The notes: generated from the letters alone by a model not told the origin. A stretch of 64,000 nucleotides of DNA from Spirochaetia bacterium (GCA_034520965.1 JAXHMY010000003.1:128001-192000), one strand, 5' to 3'; positions 38,643 through 49,603 are shown, counted from the stretch's first letter. Numbers and translations are program-made.

Positions 38643-39422
38643 ATGAAGAAAACAGTATTTTTACTAATCGTCCTTTTCATCCTGAGCAGCGCTATGGTAT
38701 CCGCTCAAAGCCTCAAGGGAATGTCCCTCAACGGTGCTACCGGTCTGATCAGCATACCCAGCGGCAGAATCGGCTGGGAGCGCAGCTCGGATTTCGGTTT
38801 TGATTTGGGTTACCACGCCATAATTGATGAAAACGTAACCACCCATATACCAAAGGTCTCGGTCAGCCTTTTCCGTACTCTGGAGCTTTCCTTTGCGTAT
38901 GATACTCAGGACCGGCCGGAAAACTCCGACACGATTATCGGCGGGAAGATCCAGCTGCCGACCAATCGTGCCTCGGCAATCGCCGTCGGAGGTAATATTC
39001 AAATGCTCCAGCATAATGAAAATGAAACCGACGCCCAGCAGATTTACCTTGCGGCCACCTATCCCGGCGACTTCTTCAACATGCCGGCGGAAACTACAGT
39101 AGTAATCGGCAAGAGCTTCGGCGACGCCGCCCCCGACGATGCAATCGACTTTGGCATGGGCTTTGACCTGCTGCTGTTCCCTAAAACCTTCCAGGGCTAC
39201 GTGCACTGGATCAACGACTTCGCCAACTTCTCCTACAGCCAGCAGGCTATCGGTGCCAACGCCACCAACCGTGGAGTTTTTAATTCCGGCATAAGAATCG
39301 ACCTGGGCGCCTCCGATGCATTTTCGGGATATAAATTTGTAATAGATGCAATCATTACCGACGCTTTGGACGGCAACAGAGCCTTCGCCCTCGGTTTTGC
39401 TTTTGGGGCTCCATTAAAATAG
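38643..39422 (+). CDS. Probable outer-membrane beta-barrel (YjbH-like N-terminus)
   Basis: Signal peptide; NGATGLISIPSG; amphipathic strands; C-terminal FALGFAF. Confidence 0.65.
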   Translation: MKKTVFLLIVLFILSSAMVSAQSLKGMSLNGATGLISIPSGRIGWERSSDFGFDLGYHAIIDENVTTHIPKVSVSLFRTLELSFAYDTQDRPENSDTIIGGKIQLPTNRASAIAVGGNIQMLQHNENETDAQQIYLAATYPGDFFNMPAETTVVIGKSFGDAAPDDAIDFGMGFDLLLFPKTFQGYVHWINDFANFSYSQQAIGANATNRGVFNSGIRIDLGASDAFSGYKFVIDAIITDALDGNRAFALGFAFGAPLK

Positions 39423-39454
39423 CTCAACTACTTATCTAATCCACCCTTACACAC

Positions 39455-39492
39455 AAAAAACGGGCTGCCCGAGTAATTCTCGAGCAGCCCGT
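39455..39492. terminator. Terminator between OM gene and tRNA operon
   Basis: A6-CGGGCTGCCCGAG-TAATT-CTCGAGCAGCCCG. Confidence 0.75.
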
Positions 39493-39497
39493 ATAGG

Positions 39498-39569
39498 CAT
39501 CTCCTGGGGGAGTCGAACCCCCGTTGCCGGGATGAAAACCCGGTGTCCTAACCACTAGACGAAGGAGAC
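39498..39569 (-). tRNA. tRNA-Glu (TTC)
   Basis: GTCTCCTTCGTCTAGTGGTTAGGACA-CCGGG-TTTTCAT-CCCGG-...GGTTCGACTCC...GGAGATG. Confidence 0.96.
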
Positions 39570-39588
39570 GTAAAAGCAAAATAACAAT

Positions 39589-39661
39589 TGAGCCGCGCTG
39601 GGTTCGAACCAGCGACCCACGCCTTAAAAGGGCGTTGCTCTACCAGCTGAGCTAGCGGCCC
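39589..39661 (-). tRNA. tRNA-Lys (TTT)
   Basis: GGGCCGCTAGCTCAGCTGGTAGAGCA-ACGCC-CTTTTAA-GGCGT-...GGTTCGAACCC...GCGGCTCA. Confidence 0.96.
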
Positions 39662-39680
39662 AGTTTCTGAATGCTCGGGA

Positions 39681-39709
39681 AATATACCAACTTGCCGAAA
39701 AAATGTCAA
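39681..39709 (-). promoter_or_regulatory. Sigma-70 promoter of tRNA-Lys/Glu
   Basis: TTGACA-N17-TATATT. Confidence 0.75.
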
Positions 39710-39746
39710 GCTATAGCCAATTGAAAGATCAGCTTATTTATACTAT

Positions 39747-40898
39747 TTAGCTCCGGAACTCCAGCCCCAATTGAAGGTTATAGACAGGTGCCAATCCCGG
39801 CTCTGTAGAACGCTCAGTACCGAACATAGAGGCGTTCAGCCGAAAATAATGTAGGTCCAAACCGATACCGGCTGCCGGCAGCCCCTGTGATAAGCCTAAG
39901 CGTACATCCAGAATTTCCATTACCGTAATCTCGGCACCCAAACCAACATGCAGTATCGGGTTGTCCGATAACTCCGGATAAAGCCAAAAATCGAAGATGT
40001 CCGTATAATCTAACAGCAGCTTAATCTCACTAATCGAATAGCGGCCCAGGTCAGCCTTCGGCAGATACATCATACCGATATCCAGCTGAAAAGGCATGGT
40101 ATCGTAAGTACTCTCTCCTCCAGGAACCGGAGCTGCTCCCTCGAGAAAATCAGTCACGTTATAATAGCGGGTCGTGAGGGTTGGACTGTATACATCCCGG
40201 CCAACCAGCCCCACTACCCAGGAATCCTTCCATTCATAACGCAGGCCCAAATCGGCACCGATGAACGAGGTAAAACTAAAGGGCTCGTTGAGTAAAACAT
40301 TATAATTTAGGTCCATTATATCGACTACCGACATTCCCCCGTCGATCGCACCACGAAAGCCCCCCTTCAGCATAATACCCGCATCAAGTTTATGAATATC
40401 CCCTGAAAAGGGCAACCGGTAGGCATAGCCGCCGGTCATGACAATGTCGTCCCACACATCTACATTGGCGGTAAGTGAATTGTCGCTGCTGAGTCTAAGA
40501 CTGCTCTGATTGAACACCCCGAAGCCGAGGCCTTTGCCGATATAGCCGAAGGAAAGCGGCCCCAGCAAATCAATTCCTGTATAAATACCGTTTATCAAAT
40601 CCGCAAGTTCGGTCAGCTCTCCAGTGGTGATAATATCGGCCATAGAAAACACCGGCCCCTTAAGACCAAGGGTCAACTCGGCAATCGATACTTCCTCCGG
40701 CGAGCTGTAGTAGCCGGCCGGATTATTCACCAGCGAAGAAAACGAGTCTGAGAGCGCCGCATGCCGCCCCCCCAGGGCCGCATCACGAGGAGAAATCAGA
40801 TGCACCGGATCCTGATAAGCCCAGAGCGGAGCCGCCATGACCATGAACAAAATAAAAAGAGCAAATAGTAAAGCACCGACTTTGTATTTATATCCCAT
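39747..40898 (-). CDS. Outer-membrane beta-barrel, TraF/PorV/FadL-like (module B)
   Basis: Signal peptide; SPRDAALGG..AA....SLVNNPAG N-terminal motif; amphipathic strands ending LQLGLEF. Confidence 0.75.
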   Translation of the reverse strand: MGYKYKVGALLFALFILFMVMAAPLWAYQDPVHLISPRDAALGGRHAALSDSFSSLVNNPAGYYSSPEEVSIAELTLGLKGPVFSMADIITTGELTELADLINGIYTGIDLLGPLSFGYIGKGLGFGVFNQSSLRLSSDNSLTANVDVWDDIVMTGGYAYRLPFSGDIHKLDAGIMLKGGFRGAIDGGMSVVDIMDLNYNVLLNEPFSFTSFIGADLGLRYEWKDSWVVGLVGRDVYSPTLTTRYYNVTDFLEGAAPVPGGESTYDTMPFQLDIGMMYLPKADLGRYSISEIKLLLDYTDIFDFWLYPELSDNPILHVGLGAEITVMEILDVRLGLSQGLPAAGIGLDLHYFRLNASMFGTERSTEPGLAPVYNLQLGLEFRS

Positions 40899-40910
40899 GA
40901 GAACTCCCTG

Positions 40911-41562
40911 TTAGCTGTAATTGAGTAGCGTGTCAAGATCTCCAGAATCGTAGCCACCTTGATTGCTGAATGTAAAAGAGCGGTCTGTTGATCCCAGTCG
41001 TACCATTTTATCCGCCTGATTAAGAATCAGCGAATCGTTCAAGATCAGTAATAGCTGTAGAAAAATCTAATAACGGATCATTATCAACCGCTGATATTAA
41101 ACTTGCCGCAGCGACAGTAAGATACTCTTCTGATGTCACTTCAGAAGCTGTGGTCGGATCGTCGGTTGCGTCAGACCATGCTGTCTGACTGCATTGTCCA
41201 ACATGTCCGAATCTATAGTGTCCAAGATATGTCTCTAAAGTGCTGGTACTGCCGGATTCCAGATCGTTTCAAGGCCTGTTCAACTGCTTCATTGATCCTG
41301 ATGCCCCCACAGCCAGCTTTGATGCCAGTAGCTGGACTTCCGGATCAGTGTTGTCTTTAATGGCCTCGTAGGCATCAGCCATAGCGTCTTTATCGCCGCT
41401 GCCAAGTATACTCTTCGCATAGGAGATCTGTTGGGCTTCTGATAGATTCGAAGGATCGCGCTGGGCCCACTCAAATATGCTGTAGGTAAACATCTGTTCA
41501 CACGAAATCAGCAAGATAGGAAGGATTACAATCAGCAGTGTTCCCTTCATTTTTTTTTCCAT
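40911..41562 (-). CDS. Acidic lipoprotein (module B); several indels in the 3' half
   Basis: AGGAGG RBS, lipobox LIS-C; protein-like frames continue to ...GGYDSGDLDTLLNYS-TAA at 40911, 12 bp before the barrel ATG. Confidence 0.65.
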
Positions 41563-41621
41563 AGTTCCCTCCTGTTTCTATTTCGGCGCACCGGCCTATA
41601 CTCTTGAACGGTGAACCAACT

Positions 41622-41648
41622 AAAAGGGCGGGTTTATTTACCCGCCCG
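41622..41648 (-). terminator. Terminator after module A
   Basis: GGGCGGGT-AAATAA-ACCCGCCC-TTTT on the minus strand. Confidence 0.7.
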
Positions 41649-41666
41649 TCTTTAGTTATACGATAT

Positions 41667-42837
41667 TTAGAAACGAATTGCAGCTTCTAAGGTAAATCCC
41701 TCATTCGGCTTTACCCCTGCGTAGCGGCCCATTTCTCGGGTAAAATAAGAGGCGTTTAGATCCAGGAACAGCAGCTTCACTCCGGCTCCAAAGGTCGCAT
41801 AGCCCTGGTTTATTCCGCTTCTCAGCTTGATAAAACGCAGCACCTTGGCTTCCATTCCCAAATGCACTCCAGTCCAGAAAGAGTCTTCCTTTGCATCTTC
41901 GGCCTGATAGTGAGTTCTACGATACTCCGCATGAAATATCGGGTCGAACAACCAGGACGGTAAAAGAAAGCCGTCGGGGTCATAGCCGATACCATAGCTG
42001 GTGACCATTGGAATCGAATACGTCTCTTCAACATCCTCGCCGCTGCCGTCAAAACTCATAATTTGGTCAAGATTATCGGCAGTATTCACCTTATAGCTCA
42101 GGTCGGTTCCGCCAATATCACGGGCGGAAAATCCGGCTGTCCACTTGCCTAATCTCTAGGATGGTACCGAAATCGAAACCAAGTCCCGCCCCGGAATACA
42201 CCTCAAAGCTAGGTTCCACATCATCGGCAGCAGCTTTAGCAAACTCTAGGATGGCCACATCCCGGGCCTCGGCCCGCAGCATGTAGCGCAGGTCTCCACC
42301 CACATAGGCTGTTATCGGACCCAAGTGAACCGGCACAGCCATACCGCCGATAACGGCCCAGTCATACACTGCATCAATCGAAGTGCCGAGCACTGTTTCG
42401 CCGCGACCGTAAAAGTCCATGTTGCCGACGATCCCGAGCCCTAGGCCATTGTTGACCAGGCCGATGCCGGCATTCCCGGCGCCACCAATACCGTTGCCGG
42501 TAATCAGTTCTTCAAGTCCGACTAGGGCATTGGAAATATCTTCCTCACTTTCCGCCGCCATTACCTTTTCAAGGTTATCGACATCTTCATCGTTGGGCAG
42601 GAAATAGGGGGAAACCGTAGTTGATAAGAGGGTAAAACTGCCCCCATCACGGGCAAAACCTGCCGGATTTGTAAACAGCGAGTTATAGCCGTGTGCCACA
42701 GCGGTAAAAGAGCCGCCCTGCCCGATTACCTCGGGAGTCATCGGCGCATACACCGGACTGTCGATTATATCCCCCGCCGCAAGAGAGCCCAGACCGAATA
42801 CAGTAAATATAAGTACAATTATCAATGCTTTTCTCAT
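41667..42837 (-). CDS. Outer-membrane beta-barrel, TraF/PorV/FadL-like (module A); one frameshift near 42152
   Basis: TPEVIGQGGSFTAVAHGYNSLFTNPAG; removing one base gives ...ILELGKWTAGFSARDIGG...; ends FTLEAAIRF; C-terminus alignable with 39747-40898. Confidence 0.75.
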
Positions 42838-42847
42838 TCTGTGCTCC

Positions 42848-43666
42848 TTAGCTAAAATTCAAGCCCGCGGCATCGAGGAGGTAAACCATACCGTTATAGT
42901 ATGGATCATTGATGTCACTATCAAATGCATTTGTTGGATCCTCACCAGTAAAACTTGATCCATTCACAATGCTTCTTAAGGCTTCACTCTCTGAATCGGT
43001 TGAAGTTGTTGATGTATAACTACCGTTTACAGTATCATCATCTAATGAATCTAGCGACGCAAGAAGGACAACAGATACCGCTCCATACTGTACTGCATCA
43101 CCAAGTTCTGCATCTGTAATATAAGTAGAACCACTATCTTCGATATTTACTCCTAGAGATAAATACGCATCTGCACTTTGTAACAAGGCATTCACCATAT
43201 CTTGAAATGCAGCTGGATCATCCTTTACGGAATCAGGTACGATCGAATTGAGAAACGCTTGAGGATCATCAACACCAGTATCGCTAGTTAGTTCATCAAA
43301 AGAGCCGATCAGGTTCTTGGAAAGCTGCTCGGCGTTGGGGTCGCTTTGGATAGCTATTTTGCCTGCAAGCGCGGCGGCCTTTTGCCGGGTTTCGTCATCC
43401 AGACTCCCATTATCATAAATTTCTTTGAGTTTCTTCACTGTAGCATCGCTTTTTTCTTTATCACCGCTCAGGGCATCGCCATCGTACCAGTCTTCCACAT
43501 CACTTAAAAAGGCTTCAGCACCTGAGGCTGATGTGACATCCTTATCATTAATTTCATCTACCGAAGGCACGTTCGGTTTGTCCCACTCCATGAAAAGGTT
43601 ACCGGAGCAGCCCGCAAAGATCAGGAGCGTGAGTAGGGATACGGCTGTTATTGTTATTCGTCGCAT
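42848..43666 (-). CDS. Acidic lipoprotein (module A)
   Basis: AGGAGG RBS, lipobox FAG-C, Asp/Ser-rich, predicted helical. Confidence 0.8.
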   Translation of the reverse strand: MRRITITAVSLLTLLIFAGCSGNLFMEWDKPNVPSVDEINDKDVTSASGAEAFLSDVEDWYDGDALSGDKEKSDATVKKLKEIYDNGSLDDETRQKAAALAGKIAIQSDPNAEQLSKNLIGSFDELTSDTGVDDPQAFLNSIVPDSVKDDPAAFQDMVNALLQSADAYLSLGVNIEDSGSTYITDAELGDAVQYGAVSVVLLASLDSLDDDTVNGSYTSTTSTDSESEALRSIVNGSSFTGEDPTNAFDSDINDPYYNGMVYLLDAAGLNFS

Positions 43667-43749
43667 CGTTTCCTCCTATGTATTGTGCGTAAAAACCTAC
43701 GCAATTCTTTCTGTTTTAACTTTTTTAATTTTTTGGATATATTAAATAA

Positions 43750-43778
43750 ACTATAACACTGATTTGCAGAAAAATCAA
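43750..43778 (-). promoter_or_regulatory. Sigma-70 promoter of module A in an AT-rich region
   Basis: TTGATT-N17-TATAGT with TG extension. Confidence 0.5.
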
Positions 43779-43947
43779 CTTTATACTGCTTTATGATAAT
43801 TAATCTAATACACCATGCATATTTTAACACATTTCTCCCGAAAAACCCAGATTATGCAAACCCAATACGAAACCACTTATAATATCATTCTGTCAAATCA
43901 TTTGCCAAAATGACATACATCTTGTTTATTCGTTGAACAGAATGATA

Positions 43948-45345
43948 CTATTCCAGCCGGCCGAAGATGTGCTCGTCGGCCGATTCTATTCGTATGGATA
44001 CAATTTTTCCGTGCATACCCGGTTCTGCCGCTGATGTCCCGTTGTTCGGTTGTGTATCGGCCGGAAAAAAGTCGATGGGTATTTCGACTCTGAGGTAGTT
44101 CTCGGAAAGTCCGCTCCAGTACTCTTCGTCGCCGATCATATGAATCTCTTCCAACAGGACCTTTACTGTGCGGCCTACCCAGCGCTCGGCGTAGGCGGAT
44201 TCGAGTTCTGCGGCCAACTTGCGGAGGGCATCCGCCCGCTCGCCTGCTATTCGCTCCGGGACGGGATTTGGGGCATGGAAGAGTTCGGTGCCCGGCCGTG
44301 GAGAAAAAGTAAAAATATGCAGCGCGGCAAAACCACACTCTTTGATCAAGTCGTAGGTAGCCTTGAAATCTTCATCCGTTTCCCCCGGCAGTCCAACGAT
44401 TACGTCGGCCGCCAGAAAGGGGTCGTCCGTAACCCCGCGCAGGTCGGCCACCGCTTCACGGATGCGGTCGGCAGTATAAGGACGGTATACTGCTTTCAAA
44501 ATACGGTCGGAGCCGCTCTGCACCGGAATATGGAAGTGGGGACAAACCCGGGGGTGGGTCACCGCTTCCACCAGTTCCCGGCGGATCATCTCCGGTTCAA
44601 GGCTGGAAAGGCGTATACGGTACTCCTCCGTCCGGCCGGTAAGCTCATGCAGCAACTGGGGCAGCCCGTAGCGCCGGTTTGCCGGGTCGCGGTAGGCGGT
44701 TATGTTCACACCGGTTAATACCAGCTCGTTGTAGCCGTGGTGGTACAGCTGTGCCGCCCGCTCTGCAACTTCGGTCGGTGCCAGACTGACTGAAGCGCCT
44801 CTGGCAAGACGAACACGACAGTATGCACATTGGTGGTCGCAACCGTCCTGTACTTTAAGGAAGGCCCGGGAGTGAAAGCTGTAGGTATCGGCGGCAAAGC
44901 GAAAAATCCCGCCCCGCTCTACCCCCTCGGAGGCGAAGCCGGCGATGCAGGCATCCACCGCCTCGCGCACCGCATCGGCGGAGGCTTCGGTGGAACAGCC
45001 GCCGGAGGCTTCTAAGCACTCGGCCAAATCGAGCAGCTGGTACTTGCGCTCATGGCCCAACACCACCACATTCGGCATCAGCCCTTCCAGCGCCTCTTGG
45101 TCAAGCTGAGCATAGCAGCCGGTAACAACTATTACCGAGGCAGGGTTGTCCCTGGCCAGCCGTCGGATGATCCGCCTTGCCTTTTGCTCGGCCTTGCTGG
45201 TGACTGTGCAGGTGTTAACTATAAATATGTCCGCCCCCTCCTGGGGAGGGACGATAAAAAAACCCCGGCTCTTAAAGGTCGATGCCAGGGCTTCACTTTC
45301 GCTCTGGTTCAGCTTACAACCCAGAGTGTAAAAGGCTACCTTCAT
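43948..45345 (-). CDS. mtaB: tRNA t6A methylthiotransferase
   Basis: TLGCKLNQSES, NTCTVT, TGCYAQ, KVQDGCDHQCAYC. Confidence 0.92.
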   Translation of the reverse strand: MKVAFYTLGCKLNQSESEALASTFKSRGFFIVPPQEGADIFIVNTCTVTSKAEQKARRIIRRLARDNPASVIVVTGCYAQLDQEALEGLMPNVVVLGHERKYQLLDLAECLEASGGCSTEASADAVREAVDACIAGFASEGVERGGIFRFAADTYSFHSRAFLKVQDGCDHQCAYCRVRLARGASVSLAPTEVAERAAQLYHHGYNELVLTGVNITAYRDPANRRYGLPQLLHELTGRTEEYRIRLSSLEPEMIRRELVEAVTHPRVCPHFHIPVQSGSDRILKAVYRPYTADRIREAVADLRGVTDDPFLAADVIVGLPGETDEDFKATYDLIKECGFAALHIFTFSPRPGTELFHAPNPVPERIAGERADALRKLAAELESAYAERWVGRTVKVLLEEIHMIGDEEYWSGLSENYLRVEIPIDFFPADTQPNNGTSAAEPGMHGKIVSIRIESADEHIFGRLE

Positions 45346-45962
45346 CCTGTTTTCATTTTCTCCTGTACTCTGCTTTTTCCACGTTCCGCATCGTTCAGCC
45401 CAGGCCTCAACCGCAGCGCCTCGTTGTACGCCTCCAGGGCATAGGGGTAATCTTCGGCTTGTTCACGGGCGTATCCCAGCCGGGCCCACCACTGGGCCAC
45501 CGAAGAGGTATGGTACAGAGCGGTGGTAATGGCAATATCTGCGTGGTGGTATTCACCCAGACGGATGAATATTTCTCCCATCATATAATAGGCAGTATCG
45601 ATTCTCGGGCCGGTGGGGGACAGAACTGTATATTCCTCAAACCATTCGAGGGCCTGCAGGTTCCGTCCCTGATAGTAATGGACTTCACCCACTATCTCGA
45701 CCATCCGCGGATCGTACCGGGATATCTCCATTCCCTGCTGGGCGTAATCCAAAGCCTCGTCATAGCGGCCTAAGCGCACAAGACTCCAGCACAGTACGGC
45801 GTAGGAGTCCATATTCTGCGGTGTTTCCTCCAACTCTTGGAGACACACCTCCACGGCCTGCGAATATTGCCCACTATTATAAAGCCTCAGGGCATCGGGC
45901 CTTTCTTGAGCAAAGAGAACAAGACTTGGGAAGAGCATCATCATCAATACTACTTTACGCAT
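45342..45962 (-). CDS. Secreted TPR protein
   Basis: Signal peptide and multiple TPRs; overlaps neighbours. Confidence 0.82.
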   Translation of the reverse strand: MRKVVLMMMLFPSLVLFAQERPDALRLYNSGQYSQAVEVCLQELEETPQNMDSYAVLCWSLVRLGRYDEALDYAQQGMEISRYDPRMVEIVGEVHYYQGRNLQALEWFEEYTVLSPTGPRIDTAYYMMGEIFIRLGEYHHADIAITTALYHTSSVAQWWARLGYAREQAEDYPYALEAYNEALRLRPGLNDAERGKSRVQEKMKTG

Positions 45963-46350
45963 TCGGCTTTTCTCCCTGGCTCAATTCAGTGTGCGGAGCC
46001 TCCATTTTGCAAATACCGTTAAACTTGCAGCCGCTTTCCATAATCACATCGGGTGCGGTAATATCACCATCTACCATTGCAGTAGCAAATAGCTCGACCC
46101 GGGTGTGAGCATAGACATCACCCTTGATAGTGCCCTTCAGTGAAACAATATTAGCCTCGACCCGGGCTTTCACTACCGCCTCGCTGTCGACATACAGGTT
46201 GCCAAGGGCCCGTATATCCCCCTGAAAGCGCCCCTTTATCATTAGACTGTCGTCAAAACTCAATTTTCCGTCGAACGTAATATCCTCGGTTAATATGGTA
46301 ACTATATCACTCTCGTCTACTTCACGTATTTGTACTTCAGACATCTCCAC
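45955..46350 (-). CDS. Bactofilin (polymer-forming cytoskeletal protein)
   Basis: FDGKLSF..IKG.FQGDI...VDGDITAP...GCKFNG beta-helix pattern. Confidence 0.9.
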   Translation of the reverse strand: MEMSEVQIREVDESDIVTILTEDITFDGKLSFDDSLMIKGRFQGDIRALGNLYVDSEAVVKARVEANIVSLKGTIKGDVYAHTRVELFATAMVDGDITAPDVIMESGCKFNGICKMEAPHTELSQGEKPNA

Positions 46351-46419
46351 CCCCGTATTCTAAGGCAATCCTACTCAGCGATATTGTCGATGTCAAGACT
46401 GGGAACTAATCCAATAAGC

Positions 46420-47151
46420 TTATTCGTCTTCAGGCTCCAACATGTCCAAGGTATGTTGAAAGGACTGAAACACGGCGTTTCTCATTTCGCCTGTGTAGGG
46501 ATTGTAGCGCTGCAGGTCGTAAAACAGCTGCAGCGGATCGTTACAGGTCTGTTCAACAATCTCCAACAGTTTTTGGTACCCCCTAGTGGCAATTTCGCTC
46601 TCCGGCAAATGCAAGCCTTGCAGAACTCTTCCAATAAAGTGGGTAACTCCCTGGGTGTAGGCAGCCTGATGATCGTGCTCATCGGGACTCATTTCGATAA
46701 CCTTCATTCCATATCCTTGAAATATATTCTCCCAGCGTTCAAAAATGGCAGGAATCGCTGTAACCGACGACATAACCATGGGTAAGCCCTGGGGGCCGTC
46801 TTTTCCCGAATCCGGGCCAAACATAGGGTGCGAGGCAATTGAGTTTACACTCGACGGCAGCTCACGCTGCATTACCTGCGCCGGGTGAACCTTTACCGAA
46901 CAGGTGTCGAAAATAGTCATTCCAGGTTTCAGCAGCGGGACAATATCCTGCAAAACTTCTTCGAAGGCGGAAATGCTTACGCACATAAACAGGGCGTCTG
47001 CCTGCGTGATTTCTTCCTTGCCCACCTGTTTTATTTCAGGGGGCAGATTGTCTTTTTTTGACCGGCTGTACCCAATTACTTCGAATTTTTGTGCCAGCAG
47101 GGATGCCCAGTAAGTTCCGAAACGTCCAAGTCCATATACACCAACAGTCAT
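46420..47151 (-). CDS. tyrA: Prephenate/arogenate dehydrogenase
   Basis: GLGRFG, DTCSVK, HPMFGPDS, EHDHQAAYTQGVTH. Confidence 0.9.
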   Translation of the reverse strand: MTVGVYGLGRFGTYWASLLAQKFEVIGYSRSKKDNLPPEIKQVGKEEITQADALFMCVSISAFEEVLQDIVPLLKPGMTIFDTCSVKVHPAQVMQRELPSSVNSIASHPMFGPDSGKDGPQGLPMVMSSVTAIPAIFERWENIFQGYGMKVIEMSPDEHDHQAAYTQGVTHFIGRVLQGLHLPESEIATRGYQKLLEIVEQTCNDPLQLFYDLQRYNPYTGEMRNAVFQSFQHTLDMLEPEDE

Positions 47152-47285
47152 GGGGCGATGTTAATTGATTTTTCTGAGAAGGACAACAACAGAATTATTA
47201 ATATGGAAGTTTTGCGCCTTCTCTGTTATTCTAATAGTAGTACAGAATTGTAATTATATAAATTTTTTTGGTTTTAGGAGTTAAT

Positions 47286-48277
<992 letters not shown>

Positions 48278-48278
48278 C

Positions 48279-48324
48279 AAAAAAAAAGCGGTCGGCCGGT
48301 GTGTTAAAACCGGCAGCCGCTTTT
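48279..48324. terminator. Bidirectional terminator after pta
   Basis: A-run, AAGCGGTCGGCCGGT...ACCGGCAGCCGCTTTT. Confidence 0.6.
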
Positions 48325-48361
48325 ATTAAATTTAGGTTCTAAATAAGGATTAAATTGGGGC

Positions 48362-49579
48362 TTAATTCGCCGCCTGAATCTTGTTTATAGCCGCTTGCGC
48401 TTCCCTCTGTATTGAGTTCTCCCAGAAATCAGAAATTGTTACTATAGTCAGTTCCTCTATACCCGTTAAATGGCCGACATTACCGAGGGCCTGAATCAGA
48501 GCCCTGACTATTCGGTAGGAATCGGGCGGAGCAAGCTCCCGCCGCTGATTATAATAGCCCAGCATATCGGAAAGGGGGCGTGCAACTTCCTCCCCAGTAA
48601 AGGTTCCCAGAGCCTCAAGCAGGGTTAGTACTTCATCCTCATCGAACACCCGGTCAGAGCGGTACATCCGGAGCATACCTATCAGGTTTTCAATCAGCCT
48701 CTCATTCTCCGGCTGAGGATATTTCTTCAGCATCTCCAATGCATTCATTCGAATCGTCTTAAGCTCACGACTTTCACTTTTATTCTTGGGTGAGTAGGTA
48801 AGCCCCTCATCGATAGCCGCTGCGGCTACTTCGGCCTTTGCTATTTGCGGGGCATCGGATTTTTCAGCGGCCTGCAGGGCGGATAGCTTTAGCTCGAAAT
48901 CATCGTTCGTTCGGAGAATCCGAAGCAACTGATCGCTAGGATCATCAACAATCTGCTGGAGCACTTTTTCGGCCTTCTGTTTAACCTGTCTCTGCTCTGA
49001 ATACCAGCCCTGGGAGGCAAAAAACACCGGCTCGTAGCCAAGCTCTTCTCCCAGGCGGCCTAGTGCCGTCACAAGCGCATAGGCAATAATCTCGTTCTTC
49101 CGCTGATTCTGAATATCATCATAATTGAAGTTGATATTCCGCAGCATCATCGCCATGTCTTCAGCATATTCACGCGCGCCCATACTACCCAGCGCCATAA
49201 TTGCTTCTGCCTTAAGAATCGGTTCTTCCACAATCTGTACAGTCTCCCATACCACCGGCACCGCTTCACGCGCTTTCAGGCGTCCCAGCTCTTCCACCAC
49301 CATTTTCATAAGTTCAAGTTTTCGGTCGGCCTCCGTTACGCTGGTAGTATTGCCAAAAGTCAGCACTTCTTCCTCCAGAGCATCCGTCAGCACCGGAATC
49401 ACATCACGGCTGTGCTGTTCGACAATGTTCATCATAATTTGCTGTTTTTGATCGAGCGTCCGTGCACGTTCATACAGGCGCGTCCACATGGCAGCTATTT
49501 CATTTGCCACAGCAAACTGACTTCCCACCATTACCAGCAGCAGCAACATCATCAGTATTTTAAGCTTTATTCTTTGCAT
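48362..49579 (-). CDS. Exported HEAT-repeat protein
   Basis: Signal peptide; repeated A..ALG.LG helical units. Confidence 0.75.
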   Translation of the reverse strand: MQRIKLKILMMLLLLVMVGSQFAVANEIAAMWTRLYERARTLDQKQQIMMNIVEQHSRDVIPVLTDALEEEVLTFGNTTSVTEADRKLELMKMVVEELGRLKAREAVPVVWETVQIVEEPILKAEAIMALGSMGAREYAEDMAMMLRNINFNYDDIQNQRKNEIIAYALVTALGRLGEELGYEPVFFASQGWYSEQRQVKQKAEKVLQQIVDDPSDQLLRILRTNDDFELKLSALQAAEKSDAPQIAKAEVAAAAIDEGLTYSPKNKSESRELKTIRMNALEMLKKYPQPENERLIENLIGMLRMYRSDRVFDEDEVLTLLEALGTFTGEEVARPLSDMLGYYNQRRELAPPDSYRIVRALIQALGNVGHLTGIEELTIVTISDFWENSIQREAQAAINKIQAAN

Positions 49580-49603
49580 ATTTCCTTTTACTACCTCTCT
49601 TCG

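Noticed and set aside
39498..43900. tRNA-anchored genomic island or conjugative element
   Set aside because: No integrase, no duplicated tRNA 3' end, the modules lie at the tRNA 5' side, and no tra genes accompany the TraF-like barrels
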